Assembly: GCA_963668025.2 (NCBI GenBank)
Contig: CAXXTH010000023.1
Coordinates: forward strand, 64,001-128,000
Source: Candidatus Hydrogenedentota bacterium
GTDB lineage: Bacteria > Hydrogenedentota > Hydrogenedentia > Hydrogenedentales > SLHB01
Direction: 5' to 3'
Length of the DNA stretch: 64,000 bases
The position numbers and the translations under genes are program-made. The notes beneath the pieces are model-generated. The model worked only from the letters and a program-made list of their open reading frames with translations. It made no database searches and was not told the DNA's origin. Below are positions 32,775-42,236 of the stretch, one piece after another. Within the stretch, counting starts at the first letter, position 1, and each line of letters opens with the position of its first letter.

Positions 32775-34769
32775 ATGAGCTTCTCTCTTGTTCGCACGCT
32801 CTCCCTTGCCCTGGCTCTCATCTTGTCCTGGACCTCAATATGCCTAGCAGAACCGGTCGATGAAAAAGAAGCCGCACTCCTGCCCGGCGGCCCCCGGCCC
32901 TTGCCAGCCTATGAGACTCTGGCCAGCGGCCCGCACCAGGTGCGCTGGCTCCCCCAGTCCACGGGGCCGGTCCTTTTCTTCGCCGTCGCATCGCACAAAC
33001 CGGCTCAGCGGATCATCGATGCGGTGAAGAAATATGAACTGGGTGATGGCTGGCTGCTCTTCTCTCCACCCATAGAACGCACGACGGCCGAACTAGATGT
33101 CTATCTGAAAACCCACTTGCCGCTCCTGCTCGCCTTCCCGACCACTGACATCGTGACCGGCGCTTTTGCTAATAACGCCGATTACAAGGCGCTCATGGAT
33201 GCATTGGCCGCCAGTTATGGCCAGGAGCAATACTATGGCGCTCTGGTCTGCGAGTGGGGCAATTGCTTGTACTGGCCGGATGGGTTGGAATCCATCTACC
33301 AGATCGACCGCAAGACGCTGGGGAAAAGCGGCCAGGAACATGCTGACCGCACCCACTTTTATGCGAAGTTGACAGAAGCCAATCAACGTTGGATCAAGAT
33401 GATCGGGAATTCCGTCGTGTCGCTCGACGGATATAATCAATTCCAGCACCTAGCCGCCGAAGCCGGTTACCCGGTCATCGCGAATGAGACGGGCGAAAAT
33501 ATTCCGGCCTCGCAGGTGCAGCGGGCCTTTATCCGGGGCGCTTCGCGCCAATTCGACCGCCCCTGGATCGAGGATGTCTCTCAATGGTACCTAACCACGG
33601 TTCCCTCGGGCGTTCCGGGGCTGCATAAGATTACTGCTGGCGGGGGTGCTGGTTTTGTCTTCCACATTGGGGAGCATGCGGGCCATTCGGTCAGTTACCT
33701 GGAGCGCATGTGGTATACCTCCTGGATGAGCGGCACGGCAGGCCTGATCAACGAAGCGTCGAGTGGATACATGTTTAATCTGCCCTATTGCAACATGGAA
33801 TATGATAATGGTGTCGAGGTGCCCGAAGACGTGGCCTTAAGCAAATGCGGCGAAGCCTCGCGGCGTTACTTCCGGCTCACAAAAGCCCACCAGCCCGGCA
33901 TTCCGTACACCCCCTTCGGCGTGCTGGTGAGTAAATACCATGGCCGGAACACCACCTGGGGCAAAGCTTGGCAACACCTCGAAGAAACTCCCGGCGATAA
34001 GTCGCTGGTCCGTTTCTTCGATCAGATTTTCCCCGGCCAATCCGCCGGTCCTGGCGATGAAGAGCGCCAGCTTTGCCCTTCGCCCTATGGCGATTCCTTT
34101 GATGTGTTGGTCAATGACGCCGACCCCGCAGCTTGGAGCGCCTATCCCGTTTTGCTGGCCGTAGGCGATATGCCCTGGACGCCCAAAGACATTGAGGCGC
34201 TCAAGGCTTATGTGAATAACGGTGGGACGCTGGCCCTGAATGAGACGCACCTGGCCGGGTGGCCCGACCGCGCGTTTTTGGGGCTGGCCGAAGAGGGATT
34301 CTCACCGGCGGGCAAAGGCCTCGCCGTCCTGGCCGGGAGCGAGGGGCAGGCCCTGCTTGTCCGGCATGACATCGGCCAAGGCCACGTATTCGTCGCGGCC
34401 CGGCAGTGCGAGCCTGGTTCAACGGAAGACTTTGCCTTCCCCACGGCCCTGCTCGATGCGCTGGCCCAGGCCTATCTCCCCTTCCAGGTGAGCGGGAAAA
34501 TCGAAACACTGCTCGCCCGCACACCCAAGGGCTGGACGATGCTCCTGGTCAACAACGGCGGGATCCGCAAGAAGCCGATGGAAGAAGAGCAGATCGATCC
34601 CTCGGCCGCGCAGACGGTTCGCATCGCCTGGAACGGGCCAGCCGCGCGCGTGAGCGACTGGCTGGAAGGCACGGAGCTCGATACGGCGTCCGCCGAGTCC
34701 AAGGATTCGCACGTACTCGAGGTCACCGTCGCCCCGGGCAGCCTGCGCTTGCTTAGCTTCGAGATGTAG
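32775..34769 (+). CDS. Secreted hypothetical protein with class I glutamine amidotransferase-like (beta-galactosidase trimerisation-type) C-terminal region
   Basis: Signal peptide; ALKAYVNNGGTLAL and RHDIGQGHVF segments; ATG after GGAGG. Confidence 0.6.
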   Translation: MSFSLVRTLSLALALILSWTSICLAEPVDEKEAALLPGGPRPLPAYETLASGPHQVRWLPQSTGPVLFFAVASHKPAQRIIDAVKKYELGDGWLLFSPPIERTTAELDVYLKTHLPLLLAFPTTDIVTGAFANNADYKALMDALAASYGQEQYYGALVCEWGNCLYWPDGLESIYQIDRKTLGKSGQEHADRTHFYAKLTEANQRWIKMIGNSVVSLDGYNQFQHLAAEAGYPVIANETGENIPASQVQRAFIRGASRQFDRPWIEDVSQWYLTTVPSGVPGLHKITAGGGAGFVFHIGEHAGHSVSYLERMWYTSWMSGTAGLINEASSGYMFNLPYCNMEYDNGVEVPEDVALSKCGEASRRYFRLTKAHQPGIPYTPFGVLVSKYHGRNTTWGKAWQHLEETPGDKSLVRFFDQIFPGQSAGPGDEERQLCPSPYGDSFDVLVNDADPAAWSAYPVLLAVGDMPWTPKDIEALKAYVNNGGTLALNETHLAGWPDRAFLGLAEEGFSPAGKGLAVLAGSEGQALLVRHDIGQGHVFVAARQCEPGSTEDFAFPTALLDALAQAYLPFQVSGKIETLLARTPKGWTMLLVNNGGIRKKPMEEEQIDPSAAQTVRIAWNGPAARVSDWLEGTELDTASAESKDSHVLEVTVAPGSLRLLSFEM

Positions 34770-34845
34770 TAATAGCCTTTGCGCTTTTGCGCCTTTGCGT
34801 GAAAACGGAACGGGCTGGAACTATTCGCTACGTAGATGGTTCCGC

Positions 34846-35856
34846 CTATTCCGTGTCCGCATGCGCCTTCGCGACGACCTGGCGCAACGCTTCGAGCCGT
34901 TCCTCCGCTTTTGCAAGTGGATGATCGAGAACCTGCCGCCACATACGATTGAGGGTGGGGAGTCCATTTTGTTGTTCCTTAGCCCACTCGTCTGCAAACG
35001 CTCCATTACATATTTCTTGCATAGATTTGTCGGCGGCATCGAGCAACGCCTGCGGGGCCATGCGGCTGCTTCTGGTAAGTTGCCCGTATTGGCTCGTGTG
35101 TGAGTGCAGCTTCAATTGTTTGAAGAATCCTTCCGTGATCATGGCGCGGGCTATCTCAAGGAACTCACCTGATAAGTGTAATTCGGTGGCCACGATCTCC
35201 GGATCGCATCCTTGCTCGACAAGCTTTTCGAAGTAGAGCATGCACAAGGCGTTGATTCCTGGCCAAAGCATCTGTTCCGCATAAAGGTCGATTACCGTTT
35301 CTTCTCGAAACGACGACGCAAAAGCGCCTAGCTGGGTTGCCCCGATAGCTTTCGCGACGGCAAGCCCGGTTGCGAGCGCGTTGCCCGTCGCGTCTTGTTC
35401 AACACCCAATAGGCAGGGATAGCCTAGACCTTTTTGAAATAGGCTGCGAACCGCTTTGCCGATCATGCGAGGCGCGACGAGGATTACATCCACAAAATTC
35501 GGCGGCATCACTTGTTTGTAGTGGATGTTGTAGCCACTGGCGAAACACAACACCTTGCCATGCGCCAATCCATGTTTAACATCCGTCTCGAATACATGCG
35601 GCTGAATCTCGTCTGGGATAAGCATTAATATGATATCGCCGGTTCGGGATGCATCGGCAATACTCTGCACCGTGAATCCATCTTGAATGGACTGCTCCTT
35701 GTATGCATCCTCTCTGTTTCCGATCACCACATTGACGCCGCTGTCCCGCATGTTGAGTGCTTGAGCGCGGCCCTGGTTTCCGTAGCCAATGATACCCACG
35801 GTTTTGTTCTTGAGCGTATCGAGATTGGCGTCGCAGTCGTGGTAGATTTTAGACAT
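34846..35856 (-). CDS. ilvC: Ketol-acid reductoisomerase (IlvC family)
   Basis: IIGYGNQGRAQALNMRDSG, LIPDE, DLYAEQ, SHTSQYG; may be a paralogue. Confidence 0.85.
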   Translation of the reverse strand: MSKIYHDCDANLDTLKNKTVGIIGYGNQGRAQALNMRDSGVNVVIGNREDAYKEQSIQDGFTVQSIADASRTGDIILMLIPDEIQPHVFETDVKHGLAHGKVLCFASGYNIHYKQVMPPNFVDVILVAPRMIGKAVRSLFQKGLGYPCLLGVEQDATGNALATGLAVAKAIGATQLGAFASSFREETVIDLYAEQMLWPGINALCMLYFEKLVEQGCDPEIVATELHLSGEFLEIARAMITEGFFKQLKLHSHTSQYGQLTRSSRMAPQALLDAADKSMQEICNGAFADEWAKEQQNGLPTLNRMWRQVLDHPLAKAEERLEALRQVVAKAHADTE

Positions 35857-36157
35857 GACCTCAGCTCCTCCATCCTCCAAGTTTGGCCGCAAAGTGCGGC
35901 GTTTCCCGACATCCTATATCCAGATGGAAATCCCGGCGTGATTTGAGTATCTGATATGCATGCATCAGCCCGCAATCCTAAAGTCTCGCATGATTTCGCT
36001 AAACGGCCTTTTCTGAGAAGTCATGCCTGCTTACGCATCGAACAAACATGCGACGGCGTCAGTCTGGTTGCCGTAATATCTTTTGGAACACCCGCTCGTT
36101 TAGCATACATTATCATGAATTGAGAAACGGCGATGCGTTACCCATAGGAAGACAGAG

Positions 36158-37063
36158 ATGATGATAGCAGGCAATGGAATACGGCCGGGCGTATATCCGG
36201 TTCTTTTTACTCCGTTCACGGAGTCAGGTGAGATTGATTACCCGGCCCTGGATGAATTAGCGGATTTTTATATAAGCAGTGGCGTGGGTGGCCTGTTCGC
36301 GGTGTGCTTGTCAGGAGACATGTTCCATCTTACCCAGGAGGAACGCCTAGCGGTGAGCCGCCACCTGATCGAGCGGGCCGGTGAGAGGATGAGTATCGTA
36401 TGTGGAGGAAACTTCACGGGAGGACTCGATAATCAAGCGGCGGAACTCGAAGCCATGCACCATACGGGTGTTGACGCTGCCGTAGTGATTCTCTCGGTAT
36501 TGCCATCGAGGAGAGATCTTAGTGAACAATTGCTGCGCCTCTGCGGCCTGACGAAAGCCCCGCTAGGTCTTTATGAGTGTCCAGCGCCCGAGCATCGCCT
36601 CATGACTCCCGAGGAAATAGCCCGTGTCGCATCCACGGGCCGATTCGTGTTTATGAAAGAAACCTCTCCCACGCCCGAGCCGACCGTTGAAAAGACTCGG
36701 AAAACAGTAGGAACTCCGCTGGGCATGTATCCAGCCCGGTTGAAGAGCACACCCCAAGCGTTGGCCGCCGGTGCGGCAGGCTATTGTGGCGTCATGGCGA
36801 ATATCGCACCAGAATTATGCATGGTCATGTGCGACACCAACCGTACGGACGAAGAACGTAAACGGGCGTATGATGCACTTGTTGAACTACACGATGTCAT
36901 GGAAGCCCACCATTATCCGATCTCGGGCAAGTACATCCTGCAGCGGCGGGGATTACATCTCACCCTGAAATGCCGCGGCGCCGCCGCAAAAATCTTCACG
37001 GCATCGGACCGGGAAGCCCTCGATCGGTTTCTAGAAGGTTTCTGTTTTGATATACATAACTAG
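36158..37063 (+). CDS. Dihydrodipicolinate synthase (DapA/NanA) family aldolase
   Basis: TPFTESGEIDY, GLYECP, MKETS Schiff-base Lys. Confidence 0.88.
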   Translation: MMIAGNGIRPGVYPVLFTPFTESGEIDYPALDELADFYISSGVGGLFAVCLSGDMFHLTQEERLAVSRHLIERAGERMSIVCGGNFTGGLDNQAAELEAMHHTGVDAAVVILSVLPSRRDLSEQLLRLCGLTKAPLGLYECPAPEHRLMTPEEIARVASTGRFVFMKETSPTPEPTVEKTRKTVGTPLGMYPARLKSTPQALAAGAAGYCGVMANIAPELCMVMCDTNRTDEERKRAYDALVELHDVMEAHHYPISGKYILQRRGLHLTLKCRGAAAKIFTASDREALDRFLEGFCFDIHN

Positions 37064-37310
37064 ATATCTAATTCTAATTAGTTCTACGCGCCGCCTCTTG
37101 TTTTTTATTCCCCCATGCCTTGCATGTTCAGGACTCGCCAGCGGGAAAGGGCTTAGGTTCCACCCCTTAGGATATGAATTCAGGATATCTGATTTCGGGT
37201 GATTTAAGTTGAAAAAATGGCTATTATGAGGTACGGTATATCAAATACGGATTGGTGCTATGGCGCGCTGGAAATAAGCTGGTGCGGCAACTAAAGGGAA
37301 ATCCCTGATT

Positions 37311-37622
37311 ATGGCCTCGCTGATTGAGAATGTGCTGATGCTGGAAGGACAGGCCGATGAGGTCGTCTTGCACGCCCGCGCGGAAGCGGAGCGCGTGATG
37401 CAGCAGGCTCGCGAAGAAGCGGCAGCCGGACGGCAGCAAGTGCAAACCGAACTTGAAGCGCGCATGGGTGTTTTCGAGCAGCAAGCCCAGCTTCGCCATG
37501 AAGCCGAACTCGCTTCGGCGCAACAGGAGCTCAAGCAAGCGCTTCAACGTACGGATGAAATACAGCCCGCGGTGATTGATGCGCAGATAGGCCGCATTGT
37601 GGCCCGGTTCCGCGAGTGCTAA
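37311..37622 (+). CDS. V/A-type ATPase peripheral stalk subunit (H/G)
   Basis: 103-aa A/E/R/Q-rich coiled coil, first gene of the operon. Confidence 0.7.
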   Translation: MASLIENVLMLEGQADEVVLHARAEAERVMQQAREEAAAGRQQVQTELEARMGVFEQQAQLRHEAELASAQQELKQALQRTDEIQPAVIDAQIGRIVARFREC

Positions 37623-37625
37623 GCC

Positions 37626-39696
37626 ATGGCCATTGATCGTATTAAAAAAGTCACCATATTGACACCGCTCACTGCAACGCGGCGCTTGATTCGTGCGTTG
37701 CATCGCCTTGAGGCAGTCGAAATGCTCAATTCGGCGGAAGCATGCGAGTGGACTCGCACCCATCTCGCGCAAGACGCCGCCGCCACGGAAAAAAGCGGAT
37801 GAGGAAATCCGCAAGATTGACTTCATCTTGAACGTGCTCGATACGCACGCGCCGGTGCAGCAGGGATTCTTTGAAGGTTTGACGCCGCTGCCACTTGTGG
37901 CGGATTCCGGAGAGATTAACGAGGTCACCAAAGAGTCCGTACTCGATGACCGTTTTTCTTCCGCAAAAGAGCTGGATGATATTTTCCGCCATGCGGACCG
38001 TGTTGTTAATGAAATCCGCTCCGAGATGCAGAATATTCTTCCATTCGAAGATGTGCCTTTTGAAGTGGCTGATATTAAGCGCCCTTCCCGCATGCGTTTC
38101 TTTTTTGGATATGCGCAGGAAGAAGCCATGCGCGCCGTGGAGGCGGACCCCGCATGGCAAGGGCGGTTTGCGTGGGAAGTGGTGCCGGCTGGATATCTTA
38201 TGCGCCGGGGTGCAAAGCCCGTAGCGCCTGCAAAAAAAACGATGGGGCCTCTCCGCGTAGTGGCGGCATGCTTGGCGGAGGATGCGGAGGCCGTGCGTGC
38301 GTCGCTGCTGGCGGCCGGTTTTGAAGAAATCTCCTTGCCCGATGTGCATGGCAAAGTCCGCGACCGTATCCGCGAATTGCGGGCGGATTTGGCGGAGTAT
38401 GAGGGCCGCCTCGCCATTGTCGCCAGCCGGGCCAAACTGATGTCCGAATGGCGCCGTCCCCTAACCATCTTAAAAGCCTACTGGCTGAGCCAGCGTAATA
38501 TGGAAACCGCGACGGCCCAAACGGCTCATGGCAAATGGGTCCGTGTCGTGTGCGGGTATGTCCGGGAGCGGGATTTAGCTGCCGTCGAGAATACCTTGCG
38601 GTATGAATTCCCGCGATGCTCCTATTTTCTCTGTGACCCGGAACCGGATGAAGAAGTCCCGGTAAGCCTTACCTCATCGAGCTTTGTGCGGCCCATCCAG
38701 ATGCTGACCGAGATGTTCGGCCTGCCAAATTACAGGGATTTTGATCCTTCGCCGTTCATGGTGGCGAATTTTTATATCTTCTTCGGAATCTGCTTTGGCG
38801 ATGTGGGTTATGGAACCATGCTGGTGTTGTTGAGTTTATACCTCAACGCGAAGACCCGTCCCTATCGCGGCGTGAACAACTTCGCGCGCGTCCTGCTCAT
38901 CGGTGGATGCAGCACCATTTTTTTCGGATTAATCCTAGGCTCTTGGTTTGGCGATCTGTTCAAGCCCGAGTATCTTGGTGAAAATAACCTCATGCTAAGG
39001 CTGCAAGAAACTTTTGTAGTACTAGATCCACTGGCCAAGACGATCGTCGCTTTGGTATGCGCCTTATCCATCGGTATCCTCAATCAGTTTTATGGCATCG
39101 CCCTCAAGATGTATGGCGCGTTCCGGCAAGGCGATATGGCTACGGCCCTCTTTGACGGGCTGCTGTGGCTCATCACGCTTCCGGGCATTGTCATACTGGC
39201 CTGCACGATGTTCACCAAGCTGCCCCCTTATTTGTTGAATATTGGGATGGGCCTTTTTTTTATCGGGGCGCTCGGTTTGGTGTTGACGCAAGGGCGTGAT
39301 TCCAAAAACATTTTTCTCCGGTTGATAACGGGAGTGACGAGCATATATGGCATTGTAGGCAGTTATGGCGTGACCGCATTCATAGGCGATACGTTGTCGT
39401 ACTGTCGTTTGCTTGCCCTTGGGCTGACGACTTCCATCGTCGCCCAGACATTCAATATGATGGCGGGGATGTTAAAAGAGACACCGGTGGTGGGATTTTT
39501 CCTCTTCATTCTGGTGCTTGTCGTCGGCCATATTTTTAATTTCATGATTAGCTTGCTCGGTGCATTTGTGCATTCGATGCGTTTGATTTTCGTGGAATTT
39601 TTTGGACGTTTCTACGATGGCGGGGCAAAGCCCTTCAGGCCGCTGATGTTTGACTCACCATTGTGTATCGTAAAGAAGCCAGCGGATACGCGCTGA
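37626..39696 (+). CDS. ntpI: V/A-type ATPase subunit I (a), interrupted by a +1 frameshift at A6 37789-37794
   Basis: N-terminus MAIDRIKKVTIL from ATG 37626 stops at TGA 37800; the +1 frame continues ADEEIRK...; conserved FGDVGYG, DTLSYCRLLALGL, HSMRLIFVEFF. Confidence 0.88.
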
Positions 39697-39749
39697 TACT
39701 ATATAGTAACGAACAATTCGCACAAGACACGGAACGGAGGAACACGACC

Positions 39750-40286
39750 ATGACACCGGAGTGGATCGAGATTGGGCGCGGCCTAGCCTACGCGGGCGCG
39801 GGATTCGCCTTTGGCTTGGGCGGCGCGGGTTCGGCGTGGGGCATTGCTATCGCTTCACACCAAGCTGCAGGCGTGATGCGTGAAAAGCCGGAACTGTTCG
39901 GCCGGATGCTCATCATGATCGCATTGCCCGGCACGCAAGGATTCTATGGCTTCATCAGCGCCATCCTCATGATGACCCAAACGGGTTTGATTGGAGGTGG
40001 AGAAATCAAAATCACCTTGGGAACGGGCTTGGCCTTGTTCTTCGTCGGGCTTAGCTGCGGAATTGCCCAGCTTATTTCCGCTATTAAGCAGGGCGAAGCC
40101 TCTGCGGCGGGTATTTCGCTCGTTGCCAGGCGTCCTGAATCGGCTGGCCGTGCGCTCTTGTTCCCCGCGTTCGTCGAGACGTACGCCGTAGTAGCGCTGC
40201 TGGCCACTATTCTGTTCATCATTTTCTTGACCAGCCAGCCCAATGCGCTTCAATACTTGCAGACCGTCGAGCAAGTAGCGCGGTAA
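39750..40286 (+). CDS. ntpK: V/A-type ATPase subunit K (c ring, 4 TM)
   Basis: GSAWG, LPGTQGFYGF, KQG, VETYA motifs. Confidence 0.93.
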   Translation: MTPEWIEIGRGLAYAGAGFAFGLGGAGSAWGIAIASHQAAGVMREKPELFGRMLIMIALPGTQGFYGFISAILMMTQTGLIGGGEIKITLGTGLALFFVGLSCGIAQLISAIKQGEASAAGISLVARRPESAGRALLFPAFVETYAVVALLATILFIIFLTSQPNALQYLQTVEQVAR

Positions 40287-40299
40287 GGGAATCCAGGCC

Positions 40300-40890
40300 A
40301 TGACCATGGATAGAATACAAGAGGCCATCCTCGAGAGCGCCCAGGCGGAGGCCGCCCGCATCATCCGCGCCGCGGAGATGCAAGTCGAAGAGTGGAAAGC
40401 CGCGCAGCTCGAAGAAGCCAAAGAAGAAGCGGAGCAGCAGTATCGGATGCGCACGCGTGCGATCGAGGAGGGCTTGGCTCGCCAGGTCACTCAATCGCGG
40501 GGCGCTTCAGGCAAGCAGCTTCTCGAACGGCGGAATGCCGTATTGAATAGCGTTTTCGACAAGGCGCGTACAGCTATTTTAGCGTTGCCATCCTCAGAAT
40601 ATGGCAAAAGCATGCGCCGATGGCTGGAGAGTTGCCTGGAAGATGCAAGCGGGAAGGTCCGCGTCCATCCATCCGAAGCGGCCTTGTTTTCCGCCATGCT
40701 GCAAGAAATGAATAAAAGCCGGAGCGCATCCGCGCAATTAGCGATGGATGAAGCGCATCCGTTGCCGGAACGCGGCGGATTTATTTTTGTAGGTGAAGGT
40801 TTTGAAGTGGATCAAACGTTGGACAAGGTGCTCGAAGGGGTGCGGCATGAGCTGTCACCCAGTATCGCGGCTTCCTTGTTCACCGAATGA
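40300..40890 (+). CDS. ntpE: V/A-type ATPase subunit E
   Basis: N-terminal coiled coil, C-terminal GGFI motif, operon position. Confidence 0.85.
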   Translation: MTMDRIQEAILESAQAEAARIIRAAEMQVEEWKAAQLEEAKEEAEQQYRMRTRAIEEGLARQVTQSRGASGKQLLERRNAVLNSVFDKARTAILALPSSEYGKSMRRWLESCLEDASGKVRVHPSEAALFSAMLQEMNKSRSASAQLAMDEAHPLPERGGFIFVGEGFEVDQTLDKVLEGVRHELSPSIAASLFTE

Positions 40891-40905
40891 GCCGGGGGCG
40901 TAACC

Positions 40906-41892
40906 GTGTTACCCAAGCTGCGCCAACAGCCTAAATGGGGCTTCGTCTGCGGGCGGATTAGCGTCCTTGAAGGACGCCTCCTCGATGATGGGTTCTGCAC
41001 CATGCTCATTGGGCAGGAAAAGGTGGAGGATATTCTCCCCCATCTGCAAGATACCTTTCTGCGCGATTATATAGACGCGGCAGCCCCATTCACGGAATTC
41101 AGCGCTCTTGCGGATCGCTGCTTTCGCGATTTAGTCCAATCGATCCGGGAAGAATGCCCCTCGACCATTCCAGCAGACTTGTTTATGCTGGGGTGGGATT
41201 ACCTCAATTTGAAAAACGCCCTTGCAGGCCAATCGGATATCGTTTTTCCATGCACTTTTTTCCCGGAAGAGCTGCTTGATGCGGTGGAGAAGGGAGAGCG
41301 GGGCGTTTTACCGCTGCCGGTGCGGGAAGCGGGTGGAGGCGTCTTATGTGAAATGGGCGACCTCGAACCTGCTTTGATGGATGTGCTGTTGGATGGGGCG
41401 TATCTGCGCCATTTCCTGTCTTTGGCGGCTGAATTGAACTCTCCCTTGATTTCGCTTTATGCGGAGGAGCGGGTATTAGTGCGCTCCGTGCTGGTGTATT
41501 GGCGCGCTGTACGGCAGCAGCGGCCGCTTTCTGTATTTCAGCAGTATTTTCTGCCGGTTGGCGATGTGGGGGCGGTTTTATCCGAATTGGCGGGGCTGGC
41601 GGACGTGCAGGCGTGGCCTGCCGTGATTCCAGGCGAATTGGGTGATCTATTCGGCGAATCGCTCGATGCTCCCGAAGATGAACAACCGTCGCGTTTCGAG
41701 GTGCTGGCCTCTAATTACCTGATGCGCCTGCTTGAGCCGGGCGCGTTTCAAACGGCTGGACCCGAAAGGGTCGTCGCTTTCCTAGCCGCATTCGCCCGTG
41801 AGATTCAGAATATCCGGGTGGCGGTATCGGGACGCCTCAGCCAAATCGAACCGGCGATCTTGCTACGCCAATTGAGGGAGCGCCATGTCTAG
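40906..41892 (+). CDS. ntpC: V/A-type ATPase subunit C (d/AC39)
   Basis: GRISVLEGRLL, DYLNLK, EIQNIR motifs; GTG start. Confidence 0.85.
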   Translation: MLPKLRQQPKWGFVCGRISVLEGRLLDDGFCTMLIGQEKVEDILPHLQDTFLRDYIDAAAPFTEFSALADRCFRDLVQSIREECPSTIPADLFMLGWDYLNLKNALAGQSDIVFPCTFFPEELLDAVEKGERGVLPLPVREAGGGVLCEMGDLEPALMDVLLDGAYLRHFLSLAAELNSPLISLYAEERVLVRSVLVYWRAVRQQRPLSVFQQYFLPVGDVGAVLSELAGLADVQAWPAVIPGELGDLFGESLDAPEDEQPSRFEVLASNYLMRLLEPGAFQTAGPERVVAFLAAFAREIQNIRVAVSGRLSQIEPAILLRQLRERHV

Positions 41893-42214
41893 AGCAGTGG
41901 CCATTGGCGAGAAGCACGAAGTCTTAGGATTTAAAGGCGCGGGGTTTGAGATTATCCCGGTTTCCAATGCGCAGGTGTTATCGCGCGAACTGGGAGAATT
42001 GTCCCGGGAGCATGACGTGGCGCTGGTGCTTGTCACGGAAGAGCTGGCGATTGAAGCGGAATCAGCGATTAATGAATTCCGTGAACGGAGCTCCGCGCTG
42101 CTTACGGTGATTCCCAACCATGCGGGAAGCCGCCATACTAGTTTCGAAGCGATGCGCAAAGCCGTCGAGCGGTCCATGGGTGTGGACATCCTCGGCGCGC
42201 GCAACGAGGACTAA
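41885..42214 (+). CDS. V/A-type ATPase subunit F
   Basis: AVAIGE..VLGFKGAG, VIP, VERSMGVDI. Confidence 0.9.
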   Translation: MSRAVAIGEKHEVLGFKGAGFEIIPVSNAQVLSRELGELSREHDVALVLVTEELAIEAESAINEFRERSSALLTVIPNHAGSRHTSFEAMRKAVERSMGVDILGARNED

Positions 42215-42236
42215 GCAACAACAAGGGCCCATAAAC

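Noticed and set aside
37693-37790. ORF-track start of subunit I (MRCIALRQ...)
   Set aside because: This N-terminus is an out-of-frame read; the plausible start is ATG 37626 upstream of the A6 frameshift.
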